The notes below the pieces were generated by a model, which saw only the letters and a list, made by a program, of their open reading frames with translations, did not search any database and was not told the origin of the DNA. This document shows, piece after piece, positions 17,255-25,426 of a DNA stretch of 28,011 nucleotides. Made by a program: the position numbers and the translations under genes. The DNA comes from an uncultured Actinomycetales bacterium (GTDB taxonomy: Bacteria > Actinomycetota > Actinomycetes > CAXTBU01): the NCBI GenBank assembly GCA_964237095.1, contig CAXSIB010000001.1:1-28011 (forward strand). Reading direction: 5' to 3'. The stretch's first letter is position 1. Every line of letters begins with the position of its first letter.

Positions 17255-18409
17255 TCACCAGGGGGCGACGGCCCCGTCCGCGGTGTGCCACACCGGCAGC
17301 GCCCAGGCGCCGTCGAAGACCCGGTCGGCGAGGTCGGCGTCGGGGAGGAGCTCGATGCCGAGACCGGGCCCGGTGGGCAGCTCGAGGTGGCCGTCGACGA
17401 CCTCGAACGGCTGCCGGAGCAGGCCCTCGCCGAGGTGCAGCTGCTCCTGGGCCAGGAAGCCGGGGACGGTCGCGGCCAGCTGCACGCTCGCCGCGAGGTT
17501 CACCGGCCCGAGCGGGTTGTGCGGGGCGAAGGCGGCGTAGTGGGCCTCGCCCATCGCCGCGATCTTCCGTCCCTGCGAGATCCCGCCGCAGTGGGCGAGG
17601 TCGGGCTGCAGCACGCTGGCCGCGCCCTTCTCGAGGACGTCGCGGAACCCCCAGGTCGTGAAGAGCCGTTCCCCGGTGGCGATCGGGACGCTGGTGCCCC
17701 GGGCGATGCGGGCCATCGCGTCGACGTTCTCCGGCTGGCACGGCTCCTCCACGAACAGCGGGGAGAGCGGCGCCAGCTCGGCGATGAGGACCGCGGCCAG
17801 GGCCGGGGAGACCCGGCCGTGGAAGTCGATCGCGATGTCGACCGTGTCCCCGACCGCGTCCCGCAGGGCGGCGAACCGCTCGACCTGCGCGGCCACGAAC
17901 GCCCGGGACTCCAGCGGCCGGGCCGGGCCGGGGAGCGCCGTCTTGATCATCGTGAAGCCCGCGGTGACCGCCGCCCGGGCCAGGCCGGTGAGCTCGGCGA
18001 GCTGCTCGTCCCCGCGGACCGGGTCGAACGCCTCGAAGTCGCCGACGTTGACGTGCCGGTACAGCCGGATCCGGTCGCGGACGGCCCCGCCGAGCAGGAC
18101 GTGCACCGGTGCCCCGAGGTGCCGGCCGAGGATGTCCCACAGGGCCTGGTCGACCGCGGAGATGGCGCTGCAGATGATCGAGCCCGCCGGGTAGAACGTC
18201 GACCGGTACATCAGCTGCCACAGGTGCTCGATGCGCCGCGGGTCCCGCCCGACGAGGAGCTCCTCGAACTCCGCGAGGGCGGCCGCCACGACCCGGGCCT
18301 TGCCCTCCAGGCAGGCCTCGCCCAGCCCCACCAGGCCGTCGTCGGTGTGGATCCGCAGGACGGAGTACCTCGGCCGCAGGTGGACGACCTCGAACCGGGT
18401 GATCTTCAT
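17255..18409 (-). CDS. dgoD: Galactonate dehydratase-like enolase-superfamily enzyme
   Basis: MKIT..., TDDGLVGLGEA, GGAVRDRIRLY, IDFHGR, FVEEP, ATGER, QPD..HCGGI, APHNPLGP, QEQ; GAGGAG SD; exact substrate not established. Confidence 0.8.
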   Translation of the reverse strand: MKITRFEVVHLRPRYSVLRIHTDDGLVGLGEACLEGKARVVAAALAEFEELLVGRDPRRIEHLWQLMYRSTFYPAGSIICSAISAVDQALWDILGRHLGAPVHVLLGGAVRDRIRLYRHVNVGDFEAFDPVRGDEQLAELTGLARAAVTAGFTMIKTALPGPARPLESRAFVAAQVERFAALRDAVGDTVDIAIDFHGRVSPALAAVLIAELAPLSPLFVEEPCQPENVDAMARIARGTSVPIATGERLFTTWGFRDVLEKGAASVLQPDLAHCGGISQGRKIAAMGEAHYAAFAPHNPLGPVNLAASVQLAATVPGFLAQEQLHLGEGLLRQPFEVVDGHLELPTGPGLGIELLPDADLADRVFDGAWALPVWHTADGAVAPW

Positions 18410-19335
18410 GGGCTCTCCTCCGTCGGGTGGTCGCCGTTGTCGCCGGTCGGGTCGGCCGGCTCGGTCGGGTCGGCCGGTCGGGACCGGCGCCAGGTGCCGG
18501 CGGGGGAGAAGCCGATGAGCCGCTGCGCCCGCCCGGTCGTCCACGCGGCAGCCGTGCCGGGGATCGGCCGGCGGACCCCGACCGCCGGGAAGAAGCGGTG
18601 CAGGAGCTCCTCGGTGGGCAGTTCGGACAGGGTGTCCGGCGCGGTGATGGTGAGGACGTCGAAGCCGAGACCGGTGGTCCCGAGGCTCGCCGCGCACGCG
18701 CGGGCGAGGTCCTCGGCGAGCACGTAGCTCCACAGGTCTCGGGTCGCGGCACCCGCACCCGGGTCCTCGGCGACCTCCCGGACCCGGTCCCGGAGCGGTC
18801 CCGGCCCGAGCGCCACCCACGGGAACCTCAGCACGGTCGCGGCGATCCCGTGCCGGCGGTGGAACATGGCGGCGATCTCCTCGACCACCAGCTTGGACAG
18901 GCCGTACTCCTCCGCCGGGCGCAGCGGGTGGTCCTCGTCGATCGGGACGTACTGCGGCTCGAGGGGCGTGGCCGACCAGGCCATGCCCAGCGCCGACACA
19001 CTCGAGGCCAGCACCGCCCGGCGCACGCCCGCCTCGACCGCGGCCTGCAGCGCGACGAAGGTGCCGACCGTGTTGGTGTGGAAGACCTCGACCGGCCGGG
19101 CCGCGTCGGGGTGGGGGATCGCCGCCAGGTGCACCAGCTCGTCGCAGCCCTGCGCCGCCGTGCCCATCGCGGTGGGATCGGTCACGTCCGCCACGACCCG
19201 CGTCACCGCCGCGGTCGACGCCAGGCCGGTGTCGTGTCGGTCGACGGCGACCACGTGGCGGCCCCGCCGGACGAGCTCGTCGACGACGACGCGGCCGATC
19301 CCGCCGGCGGCGCCCGTCACCAGCACCCGCACCAT
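18406..19335 (-). CDS. NAD-dependent epimerase/dehydratase (extended SDR; uronate-dehydrogenase-like)
   Basis: MVRVLVTGAAGGIG, VHLAAIP, LASS, YGLSK; GGAGGG SD; stop overlaps dgoD start (ATGA). Confidence 0.9.
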   Translation of the reverse strand: MVRVLVTGAAGGIGRVVVDELVRRGRHVVAVDRHDTGLASTAAVTRVVADVTDPTAMGTAAQGCDELVHLAAIPHPDAARPVEVFHTNTVGTFVALQAAVEAGVRRAVLASSVSALGMAWSATPLEPQYVPIDEDHPLRPAEEYGLSKLVVEEIAAMFHRRHGIAATVLRFPWVALGPGPLRDRVREVAEDPGAGAATRDLWSYVLAEDLARACAASLGTTGLGFDVLTITAPDTLSELPTEELLHRFFPAVGVRRPIPGTAAAWTTGRAQRLIGFSPAGTWRRSRPADPTEPADPTGDNGDHPTEESP

Positions 19336-19415
19336 CGCACTCCCTCCACCGGCCATCGGGACCACCCGGCGCCGAGCCTCCCAGCGGCCCGGGAGGAGGT
19401 CACCCCGCCCGGCGG

Positions 19416-20573
19416 TCAGCCGGTCGCGGCCAGCGTGGTCTCGACGAGCCCCTCGGCCGCGGTGAGCGCCTTGCGGTCCGCCGCGTCCGCGGCCCGGCGG
19501 GCCTTGCGCGCACGGGTCTCGGCGACATCGGCGGCGGCGTCGGCCTTCGCGGCGGCGTGCTGAGCCGCGAGGAGCTTCAGGACCGCCGACTCGAGGCGGC
19601 CGTGGGACGCGGCGTCCCAGGCCTCGGGGTCCGCGCCGATCCGGCGCAGCGTGCCCGCGACCGTCAGCCCCGCATGGAAACGGTCGACGACGCGCGGGTC
19701 GACGTAGCTCTTGCGGGCCACGGCCGGGGTGTTGCCCAGCTGCTCCGAGACGGCCTTCATGACCTCGTTGACCGACCGCTTCTGCCGGGTCGCGCTCGCG
19801 CCGGCGTCGTAGCGGGCGGCGAGGTCGGCCGCCGCGAGCACGGTGCCGTGCCAGGTCCGGAAGTCCTTCGCGGTGACGCTGTCGCCGACGACCTCGTGCA
19901 GGTACCGGTTGATGTCGGTGCTCGTCACGTCGTGCCAGCGGTCGTTCTCCCGCCAGGCCAGGAGGTCGTCCCCGCCGCCGGTCCGCCGCTTCAGGGTGGA
20001 GATCGCATCCCGGACGGCGGGGTCGGTGATGACGATCCGGCGGTCCTTGCCGGCCTTGGCGATGTAGCGGAAGCGCACCTCGGACTTCCCGACCACGACG
20101 TGCTCGCGCAGCAGGGTGGCGAGGCCGTAGCTGTGGTTCTCCTCCGCGTACTCCTCGCTGCCGACCCGGAAGAAGCCCAGCTCCAGCAAGCGGAACGCGG
20201 TCGCGAGGGCACGCTCGCGCGGCATCCCCCGCAGCGCGAGGTGCTCCTGGACGACCTTCCGGGCGGCGGGGAGCCGGCGGGCCACGAACACGATCCGGTC
20301 GTGCTTCGCGCGGTCGCGCTGCTCGCGCCAGTCCGGGTGGTAGCGGTACTGGCGCCGGCCGCGGTCGTCGGTGCCGACCGCCTGGATGTGGCCGTTGGCG
20401 TACCGGCAGATCCACACGTCGGAGTAGGCGGGCGGGATCGCGAGGTGGGCGATGCGGTCGGTCACCTCGTGGTCGAGGATCCGTTTCCCGTCGGTGTCGA
20501 GGTAGGCCCAGCCCTTCCCCGACCGCCGCCGGCCGAAGCCGGGATCGGTGGGGGAGACGTGTCGCAGCCGCAT
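19416..20573 (-). CDS. Bacterial DNA topoisomerase IB
   Basis: AIPPAYSDVWIC...GHIQAVG.D.RGRRQYRYH; catalytic set FRVG (Arg), AKAG (Lys), KDFRTW (Arg), LGNT (Asn), RKSY (Tyr); ATG 6 nt after CACGCT. Confidence 0.93.
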   Translation of the reverse strand: MRLRHVSPTDPGFGRRRSGKGWAYLDTDGKRILDHEVTDRIAHLAIPPAYSDVWICRYANGHIQAVGTDDRGRRQYRYHPDWREQRDRAKHDRIVFVARRLPAARKVVQEHLALRGMPRERALATAFRLLELGFFRVGSEEYAEENHSYGLATLLREHVVVGKSEVRFRYIAKAGKDRRIVITDPAVRDAISTLKRRTGGGDDLLAWRENDRWHDVTSTDINRYLHEVVGDSVTAKDFRTWHGTVLAAADLAARYDAGASATRQKRSVNEVMKAVSEQLGNTPAVARKSYVDPRVVDRFHAGLTVAGTLRRIGADPEAWDAASHGRLESAVLKLLAAQHAAAKADAAADVAETRARKARRAADAADRKALTAAEGLVETTLAATG

Positions 20574-20691
20574 CGTCTCAGCGTGCAACGACCTCGGGCG
20601 GGGCGCACCCGGAGGGCGGGCGGTCGCGTGCCCGGCCGTGTCGTGCGGGTGGTGGTGCGATCCGCCGACGGTCGCCCCGAGTCCTCTCGCG

Positions 20692-21090
20692 CTAGGGAGC
20701 GGCGACCACGGTGAGCGCGTCGTGGATCCCGATGAAGTCCACCGCGTTCCTGGTGATCAGTGGGACTCCCAGCGCAACCGCCACTGCGGCGATGAGGAGG
20801 TCGAACCGGCGGGGCTTCGGGTCACGACCCGCGGCGCGGACGGCTGCACACAAGGCGCCGTACGTCCTCGCGGCGGCTCCGTCGAAGGGGATCGACTCGA
20901 ACGTCGAGCCGATCCAGTGGTAGCGCTGCTCGCGCGCGGCGTTCACCAGGGGATCACGCGTGTGGAGTCCGAAGGCGAGCTCGGCGAGGGTGATCGTGCT
21001 GACCGCAGCCGTCCTGGTCGCATCAGCGACCGCCGCGGCGGGGTAGTCGATGACGACAGAGGTGTCGAGCAGCGCCTGGTCGAACGTCAC
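20692..21090 (-). CDS. vapC: PIN-domain toxin (VapC)
   Basis: LLDTSVVID, ITLAEL, RFDLLIAAVA, LITRN..DF: PIN acidic residues intact; GTG 4 nt after antitoxin stop. Confidence 0.9.
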   Translation of the reverse strand: MTFDQALLDTSVVIDYPAAAVADATRTAAVSTITLAELAFGLHTRDPLVNAAREQRYHWIGSTFESIPFDGAAARTYGALCAAVRAAGRDPKPRRFDLLIAAVAVALGVPLITRNAVDFIGIHDALTVVAAP

Positions 21091-21094
21091 CGAG

Positions 21095-21388
21095 TCAGCG
21101 CCGAACGTCCCACGGGTCGACGTCACGGTCGTCCACAGCGAGATCGAGTTCGGCCCGTTCCCGGGCGAACCCGGCCAGACCCCATGCAGGAAGCTCCGTC
21201 GCACCGGCCGCGATGACCTCGACCGGCACGAAGCGCGTTCGGCGGCTGCGGTCGACGGCGTCGTGCGGCACCAGGTCGGCGACCGGGGTGCCGTTGCGGG
21301 TCACGGTGAAGGACTCCCCCTGCTCGACGCGGCGCATGATCACTCCGCTGTCGTTCCGCAGTTCTCGCTGGCTGATGGTCGTCTCCAC
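21095..21388 (-). CDS. Phd/YefM-family antitoxin
   Basis: TISQRELRNDSGVIMRRVEQGESFTVTRNGTPVADLVP; directly upstream of PIN gene. Confidence 0.9.
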   Translation of the reverse strand: METTISQRELRNDSGVIMRRVEQGESFTVTRNGTPVADLVPHDAVDRSRRTRFVPVEVIAAGATELPAWGLAGFARERAELDLAVDDRDVDPWDVRR

Positions 21389-21394
21389 CAGTCG

Positions 21395-21415
21395 ACCGTA
21401 GCACCACGGTGCTAC
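21395..21415 (-). promoter_or_regulatory. TA promoter: extended -10 overlapped by palindromic operator
   Basis: Perfect inverted repeat GTAGCACC-ac-GGTGCTAC (21398-21415) overlaps minus-strand TGC-TACGGT, which ends 6 nt before the antitoxin GTG. Confidence 0.8.
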
Positions 21416-21557
21416 AGGGGGCGGTCCGGTGGTCCCCGGACGCCGTCTCCGGGTGGCTAGTGTCCGATCGACCCGGACAGCATCCGGGACCACCCGGCAC
21501 CGACCGGGTCCGCCGCCCCCCGAGGGCCCTGCCGCGGCGCCGCGCGCCACACCCCAC

Positions 21558-23024
21558 ATGACCCCTCGCTCCACCGAAGGTCTCGACACCGACACCGACA
21601 CCGACCCGGCGCCGACCCCCGACCCGACGGTCGCCGCCGACCCGGCCGCCGTCCCCGGTCCCGGCTCGGTGCCCCCGCGGGCCGACGCGTCCGCGGTCTT
21701 CGACGACCAGCCGCACGCCGTGCGCACCGCGGTCGCCGGGCTCGCACGGGTGCTGACCGCGACCGCGGGCTCCGACGTCGGCGGCCTGCGCGCCCGCGCC
21801 GCCGCCCACGTCGGCTCGACTCCCGACCAGCTCGCGGTGGTCAACGCGGAGCTGCCGGTGACCGCCGCTCCGCTCGTCGTCCACGCCGTCGGCGAGCTGC
21901 TGCGCGCCCGACCCGAGCTGCGGGTCGCGGGCCGCGGCGGCAGCGGGTCGCCCGGGTACTCCCTGCTCACCCTCGACGTCGGCCGGCAGGTCGCCGAGCC
22001 CGCCAACGTGACGGTCTTCCTGGAGGCCACCGACCCCGACCCGGCCGAGGACGCGCCCCCGCCGCAGCCCCGCGGGGTGCTGCTGTGCGGACTGGACGAG
22101 ATGGACGAGTGGGTCCTCTGCCTGCACGTGCACCGCCGCGACGCCGTCACCGCCCAGCGCTGGCTGACCCGCTTCGTGGCCGACGCGCGCGGTCCCGGCA
22201 ACTTCTTCCGCGGCAAGACCCTGCTGGCGACGGCGCCCCGCGGCGACGTGCGGCTGCAGATCATCGCGCCCATGCAGGGTGATCGGGACGCCCTGGTGCT
22301 GCCGCCGGAGGTGTGGCGGGAGATCGAGACCAGCGTCGAGGGGCTGCGCCGGTACGGCGACGTCCTCGTCCGCTCCGGGCTCGGCGCCAACCGCGGCATC
22401 CTCATCGCCGGCCCGCCGGGCGTCGGCAAGACCGCGCTGTGCCGGGCGCTCGGCAGCGAGCTCGCCGGGGAGCGCACCGTCGTGACCCTGGATCCGGCCC
22501 TGCATCCCAGTGTGTGGGGCGATGTCTACGCCGCGGTCGCCGATCTCGGGCCCACGCTGGTGATCCTCGACGACCTCGACCTGGCCGTCGGCGACCGGCG
22601 CCTCGGCACGCCGGGACGGGGCCTCGCCGCGCTGCTCACCGCCCTGGACGGCACGTCCGGGGTCGGGTCGGTGCTGACGGTGGCGACCACCAACGACGCC
22701 TCGGCGCTGGACCCGGCGGCGATCCGGCCCGGGCGCTTCGACGTCCTGCTGCGGATCGAGGTCCCCGGAGCGGCCGCGGCGGCGGACATCCTGCGCGGCC
22801 ACCTCGACCGCCTCGCCCTGGCGGGCGGCGCCGAGGCCCCGGACGTGGACCTGACCCGGGTGACCCGCCTGGCCGCCGTCGCGACGATGTCGGGCGCGGA
22901 CCTGCGCGAGGTCGTCCGGCGCGCGGTGCTCGAGCACGGCACCGGCCTGCGGACCGAGCACCTGGTCGACATCGTCCGCAGCGGCCGCTGGAAGGCGGAG
23001 CAGCCGACCGGTGCCTTCCTGTGA
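21558..23024 (+). CDS. Standalone AAA+ ATPase with unrecognised N-terminal domain
   Basis: GPPGVGKT, LVILDDLD, TTNDASALDPAAIRPGRFD; start uncertain. Confidence 0.88.
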   Translation: MTPRSTEGLDTDTDTDPAPTPDPTVAADPAAVPGPGSVPPRADASAVFDDQPHAVRTAVAGLARVLTATAGSDVGGLRARAAAHVGSTPDQLAVVNAELPVTAAPLVVHAVGELLRARPELRVAGRGGSGSPGYSLLTLDVGRQVAEPANVTVFLEATDPDPAEDAPPPQPRGVLLCGLDEMDEWVLCLHVHRRDAVTAQRWLTRFVADARGPGNFFRGKTLLATAPRGDVRLQIIAPMQGDRDALVLPPEVWREIETSVEGLRRYGDVLVRSGLGANRGILIAGPPGVGKTALCRALGSELAGERTVVTLDPALHPSVWGDVYAAVADLGPTLVILDDLDLAVGDRRLGTPGRGLAALLTALDGTSGVGSVLTVATTNDASALDPAAIRPGRFDVLLRIEVPGAAAAADILRGHLDRLALAGGAEAPDVDLTRVTRLAAVATMSGADLREVVRRAVLEHGTGLRTEHLVDIVRSGRWKAEQPTGAFL

Positions 23025-23045
23025 GCCGCGTCCCTGGAGCCGGCC

Positions 23046-23498
23046 TCAGGCGGCCGGCGGGGTGGCGCGGACCACGAGGGCGTAGCTGCCGAGGCCGACC
23101 ACGGCGGACCCGGGGATCTCGGTTCGGTCGGTGACGACCGTCGTCAGCTCGCCGGTCCGGACGTCGAAGTCGACGTCGGCGACCTTGCCGAGGTCGGTGC
23201 CGGAGTCGTCGAGGACCCGCCGGCCGAGGATCTGGTGGTCCTTGTCGGCGAGGGTGGCCAGCTCCCCGTCCGGGGACACGAAGACCGCGGCCGACGGCAC
23301 CGTGACCGCGTCGCGCCCGAACGCGGTGAGGCCGGCCCAGGGCAGGACGTCGCCCTCGCCGGGGGTCTTCCGCAGCACGAGCGCGGCGACCCGGGCCGGG
23401 GCCGGGGTCGGTGCGACCACGAAGCGCGCCACCTTCCCGACCGTCGCCGCGTCGGACGTGCTCAGCACCTTCTGGCCTTTGGCCTCGGAGAACCTCAC
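23046..23498 (-). CDS. PRC-barrel protein (two barrels), 150 aa
   Basis: SEAKGQKVLSTSDAATVGKV..FVV and QILGRRVLDDSGTDLGKVADVDFD..TGEL; LPW..L.AFG.DAV; GTGA overlap with upstream gene. Confidence 0.85.
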   Translation of the reverse strand: MRFSEAKGQKVLSTSDAATVGKVARFVVAPTPAPARVAALVLRKTPGEGDVLPWAGLTAFGRDAVTVPSAAVFVSPDGELATLADKDHQILGRRVLDDSGTDLGKVADVDFDVRTGELTTVVTDRTEIPGSAVVGLGSYALVVRATPPAA

Positions 23499-24127
23499 GG
23501 GCGGCCACCACCCGTCACGCCGACGCGGGTGCTGCCGCCGGCCCCGGCCTGACCGGCGCCGGACCGGGTCCGGAAGGCGGTGACCGCCGCCCCGAAGCCG
23601 GCGAGGTCGTCGACGACGAAGTCCGTGATCGCCGCGGGCACGACGAGGGCCTCCCCCGACACCGCGATCGTGTCGGGCAGCGGGATGAGCGGGTGGTGGC
23701 GATTCGCGCCGAGGGCGTCGGACGGGTCGATCTGGTAGCCGCGGACGACCGCCGCCGCGGCGTCGACCTCGAGGACGACGTCGACCACCGAGCCCAGGTC
23801 GGTACCGCCGTCGGTGATCACCCGGGACCCGAGGACGAAGCCGCCCGAGCCGCCGTTGCGCCGCGCGGACCTCTCCACGACGGCGGCCTGCTCGACGAAC
23901 ACGTCGGCGCTCGCCACCATCAGCGCGTCCGGGCCGAGGGCGACGATCCCCGACCAGGGCAGCGACTCCTTGCGCGGGCCGGCGAACAGCCCGCGCCCGG
24001 CGAGGGTGAACCCGACCACGACGCCCTCGTCGTCGTAGACCACGTCGCGCACCTGCGCGAGGTCCTCCCCGCCGAGGGTCACCACCGGCCGCCCGACGAT
24101 CTCGGTCGCCTTCATCAGCAGGCTCAC
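23495..24127 (-). CDS. PRC-barrel protein (two barrels), 210 aa
   Basis: ATEIVGRPVVTLGGEDLAQVRDVVYD and VLGSRVITDGGTDLGSVVDVVLE; LPWSGIVALGPDALMV. Confidence 0.87.
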   Translation of the reverse strand: MSLLMKATEIVGRPVVTLGGEDLAQVRDVVYDDEGVVVGFTLAGRGLFAGPRKESLPWSGIVALGPDALMVASADVFVEQAAVVERSARRNGGSGGFVLGSRVITDGGTDLGSVVDVVLEVDAAAAVVRGYQIDPSDALGANRHHPLIPLPDTIAVSGEALVVPAAITDFVVDDLAGFGAAVTAFRTRSGAGQAGAGGSTRVGVTGGGRP

Positions 24128-24282
24128 CGCTTGCCGCCCTTCTCGTCGGGGGTGCCGGCGCGGGTGCCCTTAGGGGCCACCACCACGCCGCCGGTCCGGC
24201 GGCGCCGCTGGACGACCGCGAACGCGATCACCAGCACGACCACGACGACGACCACGAGCAGGACCCACTCCCACCAGTTCAC
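24124..24282 (-). CDS. 52-aa single-pass membrane microprotein
   Basis: MNWWEWVLLVVVVVVVLVIAFAVVQRRRRTGGVVVAPKGTRAGTPDEKGGKR*; NNS codon bias; TGA overlaps next GTG (GTGA); below ORF-track size cutoff. Confidence 0.8.
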   Translation of the reverse strand: MNWWEWVLLVVVVVVVLVIAFAVVQRRRRTGGVVVAPKGTRAGTPDEKGGKR

Positions 24283-24320
24283 GGGGGAACGATCCCACAC
24301 CGGTGGCTACCGTCGCAGGT

Positions 24321-25382
24321 GTGGAACCGGTCGCCGCGCTGCAACGGATCGCCTTTCTCCTCGAGCGCTCGCGCGGCGCCACCTACCGGGTGCAGGCGTT
24401 CCGGACGGCCGCCGCCACCCTGGCCGCGATCGACCCCGGCGAGGTCGCCGACCGCGCCCGCGCCGGGACCCTGACGCAGCTCCACGGGATCGGCGCCCGC
24501 ACCGCGGAGGTGGCCACCGAGGCCGTCGCGGGGGAGGTGCCGTCCTACCTCGTGCGGCTGGAGGCCGAGGCGGTCGACGCCGACCCGATCGCCGTCGGGG
24601 GCGAGACCCTGCTCGCGGCGCTGCAGGGGGACCTGCACAGCCACTCCACCGCCAGCGACGGCGGCAGCCCGCCCGCGGAGATGGCGGCGACCGCGGCGGT
24701 GCTCGGCCACCACTACCTCGCCCTCACCGACCACTCCCCGCGCCTCACCGTCGCGAACGGGCTCACCGCCGAGCGCCTCGCGACCCAGCTCGACGAGGTC
24801 GCCGCCATCAACGACGGACTCGCGACGGCGTCACCCGGTTTCCGGCTGCTCACGGGGATCGAGGTCGACATCGACGAGGACGGCGTGCTCGACCAGACCC
24901 CGGAGATGCTGGACCGCCTCGACGTCGTCGTCGCCTCGGTGCACTCCAAGCTGCGGATGGCGAGCGGGCCGATGACCCGCCGGATGCTCGACGCGGTCGC
25001 CGACCCGCACACCGACGTCCTCGGCCACTGCACCGGGCGGATGGTCGGCGACGGCGGCGCCCCGGGCTCCTCGCGCCGGACCGGCGGGCGGCCGGAGAGC
25101 ACGTTCGACGCCGCGCTGGTCTTCGCCGCGTGCGCCGAGCGCGCGGGCGCGGTGGAGATCAACTGCCGTCCCGAGCGGCTGGACCCGCCGCGCCGGCTGC
25201 TGCGGATGGCGGTCGAGGCCGGCTGTCTCTTCTCGATCGACACCGACGCCCACGCCCCGGGCCAGCTGGACTGGCGGCAGATCGGCTGCGCCCGCGCCGA
25301 GGAGTGCGGCGTGCCGGCCGACCGTGTGGTGAACACGTGGGACCTCGACCGCCTCCTGGCCTGGAGCCACCGCAACCGCTGA
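24321..25382 (+). CDS. PolX N-terminal/HhH domain fused to PHP domain, lacking polymerase core
   Basis: EPVAALQRIAFLLER...RVQAFRTAA, HhH LHGIGARTA; PHP ligands DLHSHS, TDH, GIEVD, VHS, GHC, DTDAH; GTG 7 nt after TACCGT. Confidence 0.88.
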   Translation: MEPVAALQRIAFLLERSRGATYRVQAFRTAAATLAAIDPGEVADRARAGTLTQLHGIGARTAEVATEAVAGEVPSYLVRLEAEAVDADPIAVGGETLLAALQGDLHSHSTASDGGSPPAEMAATAAVLGHHYLALTDHSPRLTVANGLTAERLATQLDEVAAINDGLATASPGFRLLTGIEVDIDEDGVLDQTPEMLDRLDVVVASVHSKLRMASGPMTRRMLDAVADPHTDVLGHCTGRMVGDGGAPGSSRRTGGRPESTFDAALVFAACAERAGAVEINCRPERLDPPRRLLRMAVEAGCLFSIDTDAHAPGQLDWRQIGCARAEECGVPADRVVNTWDLDRLLAWSHRNR

Positions 25383-25426
25383 CGCCGACCGGTGACAGCG
25401 GGCCGGCGCTGCCGGAGGATGGACGG

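Noticed and set aside
18406-20415. 669-aa ORF as TopIB-epimerase fusion
   Set aside because: Upstream half is an off-frame shadow of topIB; epimerase has its own SD and ATG at 19335
20691-21460. GCTAG at both ends of the TA module as a target-site duplication
   Set aside because: One is the vapC stop, the other a probable -10 box; 5 bp and no transposase or IRs
21095-22477. 460-aa antitoxin; likewise 972-aa Fpg (23411..26329)
   Set aside because: Extensions are shadows of neighbouring genes; true starts at 21388 and 25427 (Fpg needs N-terminal Pro)
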